From assembly GCF_001194135.2 (NCBI RefSeq), contig NC_068986.1:37980526-38044525 (forward strand): a DNA stretch of 64,000 bases, read 5' to 3'. Positions 13,990 through 26,689 of the stretch are shown here, piece after piece. The first letter of the stretch is position 1. Every line of letters begins with the position of its first letter. Source of the stretch: Octopus bimaculoides. Lineage: Eukaryota. Under the pieces are notes generated by a model. The model worked only from the letters and a program-made list of their open reading frames with translations, was not told where the DNA came from and searched no databases. Both the position numbers and the translations under genes were made by a program.

Positions 13990-15300
13990 ATGGAAAAGAA
14001 AGTAATTCGTTTGTTGACGAAAATTCTAGCTTGCCATGGTACGTCAAAAATTCATGCAGAAAACTTTCGTCTTTCAAAATTCAACGAACCTGAAGCAGTA
14101 GTACCAATGTTATGTTTGCTGTGTGATGTGATACACATTTATAAATTTGGAATGCCCCACCAGCCTTGTTGCAATTGTGAATTAGCTTTCGATTCAACCA
14201 AATCTTTGGAACGTATACCAGACTGTACATATCTAGATTTCGTTCAGCGGGAATTATTTAAGCTTGGCTATAAATCATGCGATCTCTTCAGTATCCCTGA
14301 AGACCTGTCTTCGGGAAGTAGAGAACTGTTGTTATCTCTTTCTTGGTTTATCAGTAAAATAGATTTCATGTCTATACTTTTGGAAAAACACTTCGTCGAG
14401 ACTACTGACCAAATTAATATTGATGTTAAACCTGATATTAATGATAAACCTGTGTCTAACGACAGTGTAACTGATCAGTTAAAATATCTTGTCATGATAA
14501 ATAACAAGATCAGAATGACCTCCAGACTTGTTCATGCATTACAACAAGAGTGTAATTCGTCTGTTCACCACCTCCATAAAGAAACACAGATGCAATGTGT
14601 GCAATCTAATATGAACCATTTGACCATGCAAGAAGCCAAAATGTTGCGATCTGAACCTGAAAAATTACTTAAAAAGTTAGAAAGCGATAATGCCACGCTT
14701 CAGGACCTTCTACAATGGAGGGAACAAGAGGATATTTTTTGGAATTGGATGAAGACTGTCTTGGCTTTAAAAATGGAATCGGACCCCGAGGAAAAGGCAG
14801 ACCCGAAGTCTTTAATGAGCCTCACTTCTAAAGATTGCCAATTTCTTGTTGAAGCAAAGACGAACCTTGAAAAAGCCCTCCTTCCTTACAATGATATAAT
14901 CTGTGATTTAGATAGACTGTGGATAGAAAAGAAATTACAACTGTGTGAAAAAGATCTTAATGAATTAGCCAAAGAGCTTGACTTAGAAATTGATCAGTTT
15001 CATAAAAAACACAATATTCTCTACAAATCGCGCACACTACAACCTAAACAGCATTGCTATTTTTATGTATCACCTCATTCCATAGATGCTGGAAGTCAGG
15101 CTAGTAGTTCAAAACAATTCACAAAAAAACATTTAGATGAAGGTGTTAGTCTCATAAATGATCAAATAAAACTCTTAGAGAACTTGATTTATGAGCTTGA
15201 TGAGAAAATTGTACTCAAACAAGAAAGTTATCAGAAACAAATTAATCAAGTTGCATCTCAGTTCAAAGAATTTGCATGCATTCCAGTATCTCCTTCATAG
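13990..15300 (+). CDS. TEDC1: Tubulin epsilon and delta complex protein 1 (C14orf80 homolog), single coding exon, 436 aa
   Basis: Uninterrupted ORF from ATG 13990 to TAG 15298-15300. Motifs ENFRLSKFNEPEAV, LGY...PEDLSSGSRELLLSLSWFI, HLTMQEAKMLR and LESDNATLQDLLQWREQEDIFWNWMKTVL match the remembered TEDC1 pattern (FRRAKFDRPEA / GSRELLLALSWLL / WRRSELVFWRWMDTVL), and the C-terminus ends CIP. Confidence 0.9.
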   Translation: MEKKVIRLLTKILACHGTSKIHAENFRLSKFNEPEAVVPMLCLLCDVIHIYKFGMPHQPCCNCELAFDSTKSLERIPDCTYLDFVQRELFKLGYKSCDLFSIPEDLSSGSRELLLSLSWFISKIDFMSILLEKHFVETTDQINIDVKPDINDKPVSNDSVTDQLKYLVMINNKIRMTSRLVHALQQECNSSVHHLHKETQMQCVQSNMNHLTMQEAKMLRSEPEKLLKKLESDNATLQDLLQWREQEDIFWNWMKTVLALKMESDPEEKADPKSLMSLTSKDCQFLVEAKTNLEKALLPYNDIICDLDRLWIEKKLQLCEKDLNELAKELDLEIDQFHKKHNILYKSRTLQPKQHCYFYVSPHSIDAGSQASSSKQFTKKHLDEGVSLINDQIKLLENLIYELDEKIVLKQESYQKQINQVASQFKEFACIPVSPS

Positions 15301-15394
15301 TATTCAGTACCAATGATCTAATATTAGTAGTCATATTGATTAAGTTTTGATTTTATTTGTTGATATACATGTGTGTGTATTATATATATATATG

Positions 15395-15530
15395 GGGGAG
15401 AATTCATGAAAAAACAACAGACGAAGACAGGTGGTGTAAACAACAAATGGATGTATTAGTGTAACACTCGGGAATAGAGAAAGTCTTTAACGTTTCGAGC
15501 CTACGCTCTTCAACAGAATGAAACAAGGAG
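15395..15530 (-). mobile_element. Penelope-like pseudo-LTR fragment carrying a minimal hammerhead-like motif
   Basis: The - strand reads CTGTTGA-A-GAGC-GTAG-GCTC-GAAAC-GTT-AAAGA (15516-15484), the architecture of PLE-associated minimal hammerheads, next to a (TA)n tract. Confidence 0.5.
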
Positions 15531-17495
15531 AGAAAAAAAATATTACCTGTACCTATCTATCTATATATATATATTGCAAATTTGAAAAATAATGTCACTC
15601 TTGTTTTAGCTTCTGGCTGGTCTTTTCTGAAGGAGTTTGAATTTTTAATTCTGAGAAGCTCTGAGATTCCAGAAAGCTGTTTGTTGTGAATCCTCATCAA
15701 TATTTATCATCTTAGATTGGAAAGAGTTTTGTAGCATGCGACACACATAGAGGCTGTTCTGTTACTGTTTGTGCTTGTTGTTTAATCTTAGGTTAAACAA
15801 CAGTCCCGAGCAGCATTTCAATCAGTCATGACTATCATGTCTTTTCCTAAGTATAATGCACCTAGGACTACATTAGGTAATGTCCCCATACTTTTTTTTT
15901 TTATAACAGTATGATGTGATGTAAGGAAGAATTGGTTGCTCTTTCCAGTTGGTTGAACCACTGGAACACTAGTAGGTTTGAGAGATTGGCATTAGTTTGA
16001 CTATAACTTTTGCTTCAAATACATCACATTCCATCATCAGTGTCCATAGTTCATTAGCAGTCATAGTACTGTTGTCCTCAGTAGGGCTTTGACCATGGAT
16101 TTGTAAGGACACCCAAGGCTTGTCTTCCCCAAGGTTGATTCTCAGAGGATGTCTGGACTAGCAAGCAACTCTTGATGTATCAGATTTCAACCATGCACTC
16201 ATTATGCTGAATAACTTTTATAGGTCCTTGTGTCATAAATATTAGAGGTGTGGTGAATAAAATCTGACCCAACTGAGATTTTTACAGAAGTTCAGTTTAA
16301 CTTTGATTCTGACTGGGTGTTATTTATCCAATCCTCATTTGTTCTCTAAAGTATTTCCAGTTGAGCTACTTACTGTTAATATTACAACAGGCTAGAACTT
16401 CAAAAATCTAAGGTAATTTACAGTCATCAGTCTAGAGGTTCACACTGCAAACCTTTGTTGGGGAATAGCTGTGTGTGTCTCTTCCATGGACTAAACAATA
16501 AAAGATTTATCTCATCAAGTTCCTACTCTCCAGAGGCATACATTGTTGTTCATGTCATTACTTTATTTTAAAATGAAAGAGAATACTTTGGAGAGAATAG
16601 GAAGTTTTTTTTCCTTCTATTTTTATAAGAATGATTTTCAAATCGTGTTTATTTGTCCTATTAATTGCCCAGATCTTTCACCTGAGATAACTTTGCTAAC
16701 CTTTGCAAAATTAAATTTGTAAGGTCAGGTATTCCAACTTCAAATAGTCTTTCAGTTCTTTTGGTAATCTATAAAGTAGAGATTTCAACAACAATATGTT
16801 TCATTTCATTTCTACATAATGATTTTTTTTGCTTAATCACAAGAGTCAGTAGAATGAAGTGGTATTTTATAGGCTTTAGAAGGGTGTGGATGCAGAATTA
16901 AGAATCAAAAGAATAAAAATGCTCCGGAATATCTAACCTGGTTCTTTATCATCTCTGCTAACCCATATGATCTATCACAAATATAACGGTTTTTTTTTTT
17001 TTTTTGTCATTTACTTTTTGCTTAGCTCCAGTTAAACATTCCAGCAGATTTATTTTCAAAGCCTCTCTATCTTTTTGTCAGACAATCCAGTGTGTCCTTT
17101 TCAAAGATGGTAGAATAGAATGTGATTTCACAAAGTCTTGGCTGCTATTTCTAGCAGTAGGTGTGAATACATAAAGTACCATCTTTGGCTCATTTACTAG
17201 GGTGTTATGTTGTATCATTAAATAAGGCATTTATAATTTCAGTAATTTTTCAAACATTTTTTAAAAAGCTGGTTTCTTACTTGTCTGCCCATTAAATTAG
17301 ATTAACACTCAAAATCTTTTGTATATATTCTGTTATAAACATGTAACATTAACTTGCTATTCTGGTTTCAATTTTATGGTCTGAAAATAGGACCTAATTT
17401 ATGTTCTAACAGCTTGCTTATAAACTGCAGGTGTTTCAGTTGACTGAGACAATACAATAACATAATAGTTTAAAGAGTCATCCTCCTCTGATCCT

Positions 17496-17527
<32 letters not shown>

Positions 17528-19639
17528 CGTACATATGTAAAGTTCGACCATGTCTTAGACTTATTGTATTTCAGCAAACAAGGGACATTACATACTTGAA
17601 ATAGCAGCTGAATCTTTCACAAACAACACTAGTCCAAAAAGAAAAAAAGTACATTTTGAAGAATATAGACTTAGAAATATTAATCATGAAAAAGAGATAA
17701 GATGGGGTGGTCTTACCTGGAATATCTTTAATCACAGTTTAGCTTGGGCAGGGATGACTTGAGACTAAATAACAACTTATTGCACTTTCATATTAGTGAT
17801 AGAATTTTCTTCAACCTAGGCAGTTTTCTTTTTTAGTGGATCTAATTTGATTAACTACATTGAGTTTTTGGTGGAAGCATGTGGCTCAATGGTTAGGATA
17901 AGATTATGGTTTTGATTCCTGGACCAGGAGATGCGTTGTGTTCTCGAACAAATCATTTCATGTTGCTCCAGTCCACTCAGCTGGCAAAATAAGTATTTCT
18001 ACGACAGACCAGTGCAGAATACATATGCTACAGAAACTGGGAAAATGACCCTATTTGTCCCAATGATTTAGGAAGGAGCTTTATCCTGTTATCAAGCCAA
18101 GATATTCTGGCTACTTCTCTACTCAACTATATAGCAATTACAGTTTCATTCATATATTTCTTTGTTGGTTATATTTGTACTGTTAAAGACACTACCAAAA
18201 AATTAATAATAATAATAATATATATATATATGATGTAATACACAGACTCTACAATGAAAAGATATGTGCTAGTGATATACTGTTGTTAATTCATATAACT
18301 ATCCTCTTATGCAAAAAATTGATATGTCAAAAAAAATTTGTATGCTTTGGAAAAATTTTATATAAATCACTGTTGCATGGTTATTACAATGTCCATTTTT
18401 CCATGCTGGCATGGTTTGGACAGGTTTGTCACATAATATATTATCATTCATCACAATCCTTTTTCATTTCATCAGTGAGGTCCAGTATCTTGAGATTTTG
18501 GTTTCAGCTCTTCTCATTTATTTCATTACTACAAATACCTGTTATTTTATTAAACTTCATTACTTAATAAATTTTGTATCAAGTTGGCTAAAAGAAATCT
18601 AACTTCTTTTATGAAACATAATGGTTTGTGATAAATGTAATAAATCCTATTAATAAATAAAATACTTTCACTGAATTACCTTATCTATTGTATTTTTGTT
18701 TAGGAAATAAGTCACTGGAAATGATACTACCTTCACTATCACACATTCAATACATCTTAACAATGTAAGCAAAAAATATTTTTATGTTTGTTGTATCTCC
18801 AAGCATTACAATATATTACTTTATATGACTTATTTTAATGTAATTTGTTATTTTGGGGACTACATGTAAAAATAAACTGAATTGAAATTGAAACTGTGAA
18901 CATACAATACTTTTTCATCACTCATTTGCAACACGTCATTACCAAGGAAGTTGTCTCAACAGCATATATCACTTAAAACTCAACAACTTCATTTCATACA
19001 AGTTAATATATCACATTCAACAGATCATACTTCATTTCTCTAGCATCATAATGTTTTCTTTTCTGTAGTCAGTGCAAAGTTTGACTTTGTTTTCAGACTT
19101 TATTATCTACCTTGTACACAGAAATCCTTAGATTCAACTCTGATTGAGCAGACCTATGATGAAAAGCATTCTTGCTTTTGAACACTGTCTTTATGTATAT
19201 CTTATGATTTAAGATGGTAAGGTATCTTTATGTATATCTTTGAGTTAAGATGGTAAGGTGTGAATGGAGGGAAGGTTCAGTGCCTGCATAGAAGCTCCCC
19301 CAGCTGTACACATAGGTGAACATTGTACACTCTAGTTATACTTCCCCTGGGGTTCACTGAAAATATTTTGATTTAGGATAGGATACTGAGTTCAGATTAT
19401 TATTTTTCAGTTTGTTCCGTTTTTATTAGCCTAAATCAGGTATGGGTAACCTTTTTTCTGAAAGTGGGTTGCACAAGACATTCCTCATCATCAGAGAGGG
19501 TACACTACTAAAAACCTGAAGATAATATTTCATTAGGCATACCATTTAGAAAGTCCTGCAGTTTGCCAATGACTGACCTAAATTCTCTAAATCATAATTC
19601 CTGTAACTATTATCTGGTTAATGATTTTGTTGTTTATTT

Positions 19640-19895
19640 CATCATCATCATCATCATTGATTAACATCCGTTTTCCATGCTGGCATGGGTTGGACGGTTT
19701 GACTGAGGTCTGGAGAGCCAGTGGCTGCACCAGGCCCCAGTCTGGTCTGGCAGAATTTCTACAGCTGGATGCCCTTCCTAACGCCAACCACTCTTGAGAG
19801 TGTAGTGGGTGGTTTTACGTGCCACCGGCACGAGAGCCTGTAAGGCAGGCCTGGCAGCGACCACGTTCGGATGGTGCTTTTTACGTGCCACCAGC
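19640..19895 (-). mobile_element. RTE 3'-UTR tail / RTE-mobilised short element, antisense, with (CAT)n
   Basis: Reverse complement of the shared terminal block (CATCATCAT...CCATGCTGGCATGGGTTGGACGG...CAGCTGGATGCCCTTCCTAACGCCAACC). Confidence 0.85.
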
Positions 19896-22619
19896 ACAAT
19901 GCTAAAAAATCTGAGATTCTTTTTCTTTCCAGAAAGAGGACAAACGAGATCGTTTTTATTACTATTAAGGAGAAATTTAGATTTTAATGGCCACTATTGC
20001 AGTCAGCATTTGGATATGTTCTGATTTTTTCAACATTATTTTCCTATAATTTTTAAACTGTATCATAGTATATTTGATTATGAATCTTACCAGGAGAAAT
20101 CCATCTATAATGTGATTTTGATATTGATTAAAACATGTATTAGAAAACCGCCAGAAGATATTTTAATTCCGAAAGTTGATATTAAAATCAGTAGCTATAA
20201 ATAATTTCATCTTAAACAGAAGGGACGAGCAAACGAAAGACCATTTAGTAGAATTCTCTAAATAAAATGAATATATATTTGTAGATGGCCTCTACGTCAG
20301 TGATTCTCAAACACTCTTCTGTCATTTACAAACTCGGCTTGATGCATTTCTCATTTACCCACTTACACTTTATAACTGTTATACATAACATAGCCTGTGT
20401 CATCAAAATACTAGCTTTATGATAGCGTGTTAAATATAGTGTATAATTAAAACAAATGACTGTATCATAAAAATTACATATTACTGGCAAACGTGTTTTC
20501 ATTTAACTAATATTAACTGAATTAAAGACATCACATTTTCTTACATTAACTCCTGACATTTTCTCATATTTATTCACATACTTACTATAAGTATAGTCCA
20601 CAATTTTTTTTAAATGCCAGGCATTCGTGTAGCGTCTTTTGAACAAGGGATATAACTCCATTTCTTTCTACCTTTAGTCAGAAAGGTTGTGGGGATTTTT
20701 CGCTTGATAACTAATTGACTGTCGTTTAGAAAGTATATTATTATTTCCGGGAACACTACTTCGTCAATGCAGTAAAAGCCTACGTTTATGAAAACATTAA
20801 TCAGAATGCCAATAAATGGAGAAATAAAAGCAAAAAAGTATGATGTTGCTTCCCTTATAGTAGCCAATAAAGAATCATTATGTGGTTGTTCAATCTGCTA
20901 GAAATAACAGCCAAATTAAATCCTTCCCCCATCACACTCATCTCTCTTTATAATTAAATATACAAATACACCGAAGAAAGAAGGAAGAAAAAAGACGGGA
21001 CAATCATGGCTACAAAGCCTGTTCGATCAGGGCTGAACATCAGCAATCGTTAAAAATATTTTTCTATGAGCCTACTGAAAGCAATCGGCGTTAGATTAGC
21101 ACATTACCATATCCAACAAGCTACTATCTCATGTGCCAAATGCAAAGACAGTCAGTTTAAAGCATTGGCTCTATACATCCTTATGATTCCCGAAAGAATT
21201 AAATTTCTAATTTTATTTCACAACTTTAGAAGAAAGATAGTTCTTAGGTTTATGCTTTTTTTTAATGAAATCTTGTTTGGTCAGATCTGTAATCAAAGAC
21301 GTCTTAACTGTGACCGTCCCCATTTTTAGGAGACGAGACATTGCATATTGCGTTCCGAACAACTGCATAGAGGCTCTGTGTTTGGTTTGTTTCGTTATTT
21401 TAATAAGGGTAGCGAAGTAATACATTTCCTGTAACAACTCTTCTCTCTAATAATCATCATCATCATTTAACGTTCATCTTCCATGCTGGCATGGGTTGAA
21501 CGGTTTGACTGGAATGGGCAACTCGATTAATTAATTTTTTTTAAACTAAACACTTTCAAACTTCGGATACTGGTAGAATGTGTCCCAGACAGTCAAGATA
21601 GTAATGTTATGAAAGAACATGAAATGTTTCTGAGAGAATAGAAAACTAGACTCTGGATGTGAAAAATCATTGCATTTATTGTAGGAGTTGTTTACAGGAG
21701 TAAGTTATTTGTGAACTGAAGCTGCAGTTGAAATTATTCTTATACAGGAACAGGAATACATTATCCAACACCTGTATAATTGAAGATCTATAACTAATTC
21801 TAGTAAGTTGTAAAAAAGAGCTATTGGCCCTTTCATTAGCTCGATACGTCTAATCTTTGTAACATGGGTTATTATGATCTCGACCAATTATGTTCGCAAG
21901 TCATTTATGATTCTCACGTGGAACATGTACTTACTTGTACACCAATGCCCTTCAGAGAATAAAACTGTCAAAACTTCTTATCTCTGAGGTTTCTTGAAAA
22001 GATTGTTTGGCAGAATTGTTAAAGTGTCGAACTTTAAAATCTCGCTGAGATCAGCTTTGCCTTTCATCTCTACGGCGTCAACCAGTTAAATAATGAAGTC
22101 GACGTAATCCACTAACCGCCTTCCCTTAAGACTGCTAGCGTTATATCAAAATTTGAAAAAATAATTTATATAACGCACAAACATCTTGATTTTTTAAAAG
22201 AGTAGGAAATGAAGAACAGTAACGTTCAAAATTCCCTTTTAAAATTTATCAATACATTGCAATTGTTTTGTTCCAAAGTAAAGAATTACTTAGAATTACG
22301 TTTTCCATGGGAAAAATCAGGGGTTCGGGAAGTTCTGATTTCGATCCCACGGCGCAGTACCATGAGTGCGTGTCTTCTATTATAACATCAGATTTGTTAG
22401 TGAAAGTATGTAAATGGAAATTGAGTGGAAATCTATCGGATGAGCTGTACTTGTAACCCAGAGACTTCACGAGCCTAACAGAACATTCTGTTAGAGTGGA
22501 ATGTTCAACCAATTACACTATGATATAAGTAGCTAGTTCCGTTGATCAAATTACTAGAACCCCTCTTTCGCCGAGATAGACACAATGATATATAATCTCT
22601 ATAAATGTTTAACCGTCTG

Positions 22620-24635
22620 GGTTAATATCTAGTTTAACACCCAGTCACCATAAAAAAAAAAGAAAACAAGTGTAATAGGTGTAAAAAAATGTGTAGTAAA
22701 CGAATCTGAAAACCAAAATTTGCGCAAGCAAACCAACTGAGGGTTAGTGAGAGGAGTTTCGGAAAATTCACACGATACGATTTTCCCCCTCATAACTTTC
22801 AGGAAAATGGATATCTTTTGATAAAATTTTATATAAATACTTTCAAACGGCATAGATTNNNNNNNNNNNNNNNNNNNNNNNNNNNNNNNNNNNNNNNNNN
22901 NNNNNNNNNNNNNNNNNNNNNNNNNNNNNNNNNNNNNNNNNNNNNNNNNNNNNNNNNNNNNNNNNNNNNNNNNNNNNNNNNNNNNNNNNNNNNNNNNNNN
23001 NNNNNNNNNNNNNNNNNNNNNNNNNNNNNNNNNNNNNNNNNNNNNNNNNNNNNNNNNNNNNNNNNNNNNNNNNNNNNNNNNNNNNNNNNNNNNNNNNNNN
23101 NNNNNNNNNNNNNNNNNNNNNNNNNNNNNNNNNNNNNNNNNNNNNNNNNNNNNNNNNNNNNNNNNNNNNNNNNNNNNNNNNNNNNNNNNNNNNNNNNNNN
23201 NNNNNNNNNNNNNNNNNNNNNNNNNNNNNNNNNNNNNNNNNNNNNNNNNNNNNNNNNNNNNNNNNNNNNNNNNNNNNNNNNNNNNNNNNNNNNNNNNNNN
23301 NNNNNNNNNNNNNNNNNNNNNNNNNNNNNNNNNNNNNNNNNNNNNNNNNNNNNNNNNNNNNNNNNNNNNNNNNNNNNNNNNNNNNNNNNNNNNNNNNNNN
23401 NNNNNNNNNNNNNNNNNNNNNNNNNNNNNNNNNNNNNNNNNNNNNNNNNNNNNNNNNNNNNNNNNNNNNNNNNNNNNNNNNNNNNNNNNNNNNNNNNNNN
23501 NNNNNNNNNNNNNNNNNNNNNNNNNNNNNNNNNNNNNNNNNNNNNNNNNNNNNNNNNNNNNNNNNNNNNNNNNNNNNNNNNNNNNNNNNNNNNNNNNNNN
23601 NNNNNNNNNNNNNNNNNNNNNNNNNNNNNNNNNNNNNNNNNNNNNNNNNNNNNNNNNNNNNNNNNNNNNNNNNNNNNNNNNNNNNNNNNNNNNNNNNNNN
23701 NNNNNNNNNNNNNNNNNNNNNNNNNNNNNNNNNNNNNNNNNNNNNNNNNNNNNNNNNNNNNNNNNNNNNNNNNNATATTTTCTTTTCATAAACACATCTA
23801 TGCTATAAAAAAAAAAAAACAATTTGAAAATTTATGATTTTTTTCAATCCCACACTCCGCTCCTGATTGTTTCTGTTTGTAATTTAAAATATTGGAGATG
23901 TTTTGGCAAAATAAATTTTTTAAATAAACAATTTTGGGAGAAAATGGGGTGGGCGGAAGTCTTTCCAAAGATACCCATTTTCCTGAAAGTTATGAGGGAA
24001 AAAATAGGATCGTGTGAATTTTCCCCAAATCTCACACACACACACTCCGTCGGAAGAAATTTTCCCCAGAAGGAGGGATTTAAAAAACAAAGGTATGTAA
24101 AAGATAATTCATTTTACACACACACGGCCTCGCTTAATTAAGGTGGGAGTAAATATTTAAATTACTATTTTTTTGTTGTTGTTAATGCTTAAATCCCACA
24201 AATGGAGCATGCGTGTGGTCCATTGGTATTATTATTAAGGGAGGAGAGGAGTAAAAAAATAAAATCATTTCGAAGGGCTGTGGTGAAAAACAATTGGAAA
24301 ATCTCTTGTCAAAACGGAGAAATCCCAACTTATATGGTCTTCTTGATCCAAAACTCCTCCCACCATCGCCTCGGAAAAAGATTTTCTCCACGAATTTCTT
24401 TATAATTGTAATCTATGCCGTTTAAAAAGTATTTGTATAAACTTTCATTGAAAGATATCCATTTTCCTGATAGTTATGAGAGGGATCGTGTGAATTTTTC
24501 AAAAGTCCTCTCCTCACCTCCCGGTTGGTTTGCGCAAATTTTGGTCTTCAGATTTGTTTACTACACTTTTTTTTTACATCTATTATACTTTAAAAAAAAC
24601 TTTTTGGCGGCCAGGTGTTAAATTAGATATTAACC
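22620..24635. mobile_element. Foldback-like element with about 230-bp imperfect terminal inverted repeats (spans an N-gap)
   Basis: 22620-22858 is the reverse complement of about 24410-24635 (GGTTAATATCTA.TTTAACACC...CCAAAATTTGCGCAA...CAGGAAAATGGATATC...AAACGGCATAGATT). A third partial copy lies at about 23965-24020. No TSD seen. Confidence 0.6.
22859..23775. other. Assembly gap inside the foldback-like element
   Basis: N run. Confidence 1.
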
Positions 24636-25177
24636 AATGTAGTTTCGTTTGATCAGTGCCACTCGCTTTGGTGTTTATCTCAAAAAGGTTGTGTTTATTA
24701 AATGATAACATTTACTCGTAGTTTTAATTTTTTAAAAATAATTACAGTATGGCAATGAATATCACTGGCAACCTTTTGGTATTAATAGACAACGTCATTT
24801 ACCGTTTTTTTTTTCCTTTCATCAGCCTATCCTCTTTATCTAGGTTATGATGGTACGTAAGATTGTCCCAAATTTTAATTCAGGTGAACATTATTGTACA
24901 ATATTTGATAAAAAGTTGTTAAGTAAAAGAGAAAAAAATTACATAGACTCTAATTTCTTTTTAGTAATAGTATCATAATAACCACAATTTTAATGAGGGA
25001 AAACATTTTACAATATCTGAAGAAAAGCTACATAATGAAAGACAAAAAAAAGTAACATATACGGGTAAATTTTTAAACAGTTACAATATCGTAAAAACCA
25101 CAATTTGAATTAGGGTAAATATTATTTTACCATATATGATGAAAAGCTTTTCATGAAAGAGAAAAAGTTTTAAGTCT

Positions 25178-25191
25178 GTTGTCATAGTAAC
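25178..25191 (+). promoter_or_regulatory. RFX X-box-like element GTTGTCATAGTAAC, candidate RNF32 promoter element
   Basis: Close match to the X-box consensus GTTNCCATRGNAAC (one position off), in a CpG-retaining region 2.8 kb upstream of the first coding exon. That exon begins with an acceptor, so an upstream UTR exon is required. Confidence 0.45.
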
Positions 25192-26689
25192 GTAACCGGC
25201 ATAGTATGATGTATCCGAACTGCTATAGAGAAACTTTCGTAAATAATGCAATCTCACAAAACAGTTGAGTAATATTGACTTTGTTTCTATTATTTACTGT
25301 TTCATCTATTTACCTATATTTTCCATTGTTCCTTTTAATTGTATTATGTTAGTAATATATAATTTTTTATGTAATTTGTTTTGCAAACAACGGCCACTGC
25401 CAACTGGTTGGAACTTGTAAAAGGGAAGTACGATACTTTTTTCTTGTAATCTGAAAAGATTATAGTCAATCGAAGCTCAATATATTAAATAGCATACTTA
25501 CTTGTACTGATGCTGAAAAGCAAAGTCAATCTTAAATCGTAAAATTGAGTTATTACATGGGCATGACTACTTACACTTTCTTCTTTACTGTTTGACATAG
25601 CGATTTTTTCAAGTGCATTAGGAAATCAAAACCAGTTCGTAAATTTCAATGTGATGAGAACTTCTCGCGTTTTTATCAATATTGTTTGTTTGTTCCTTTT
25701 TAACAATGATGTTGCCTTGCATAAGGGCTCTGTAGATAGCCTATAGAGCAGTATGTCCATACTATTTCCTTTCGTGCTCGACGTTCGAAGTATAAATTTC
25801 AGCTTTTATCTGTACTTGATCATGGTGGATAAAACAAAACAACAACAAAAAATAATAATTAAATAACACTTCAGGTTGATCAATCAGCTGTTCCCAAATA
25901 AATAAAGTTGAACCGTTCCCGACTCCACAACATTTTTTTTTAAATCATTTTAAATAGCCAGAGAGCCTAAGAAGGATAAAATATAAAACTATCGTTTAAA
26001 GCTCTACAAATAACACACTGAGAAATAAATATCTACACGCTTCACATCAGATCTTGTGCAATACTCACAGGAACTTTTGTTGCTAATAAATAAGAAACAA
26101 AATGTACCTGAATTCATAATAGTTCTAAAGACTCATAAAGATGCAGTAAAAAGGCTATATAACATTTAAATCTTTATGATCTACAACTTCGGCAAATACA
26201 AATCAGTCATGTGATTCTGGTGGGAATAAAACATTTGATTTTGCCATATCTCAATATGCAGTTAATATAGTTTAGTATTGATTGTGGTCTACCGCCAGCA
26301 ATAAAACCAATAATGAATATGTAGTATCTATATCACAAAAAAAAAACAAACATATACTTTTAATTCAAATGGTATTACAAAGAATTTTTTCAATCTTTCA
26401 GTACGGAGAAAAGGCAGTATCTATGACTCTTTGCAGGGCCTCCAAAACTAGTGGTTGGGTAGGAAGAAGGTATGCATAAGCTGGAGAACTAGTCCTAAGT
26501 GCTTGTAACATAATGAATTCTGGTAAAGGCACCCAAGGTGCCTGACAGTAGTACTAAACTAAATGGTAGTTTAAGTCTTCCCATAGGTGTATAATCCTAG
26601 CAGACATTCATTCAATTATCCACCACAACAAAATTGATATCCTAAAACTAAGGTGCATTGGTGTAGGTGCAGGTGCTATGCAAAAAGCA

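Noticed and set aside
17875-18050. tRNA-like A/B boxes (TGGCTCAATGG, GTTTTGATTCC); similar heads at about 4590, 22325, 56145 and 59775
   Set aside because: No cloverleaf or acceptor stem; these are decayed tRNA-derived SINE heads, not tRNA genes.
20610-20867. 85-aa - strand ORF and neighbouring short ORFs at 21-22.5 kb
   Set aside because: No motifs or consistent splice signals; the 22.3-kb ones overlap a decayed SINE.
22629-23837. Long ORFs across N-gaps (also 12303-12569, 54825-55475, 59977-60651)
   Set aside because: Open only because N runs contain no stop codons.
26069-26082. 14-nt - strand microexon-like motif (TAG...GTGAGT)
   Set aside because: No partner exons, and it conflicts with the probable + strand RNF32 leader; such motifs arise by chance in AT-rich DNA.
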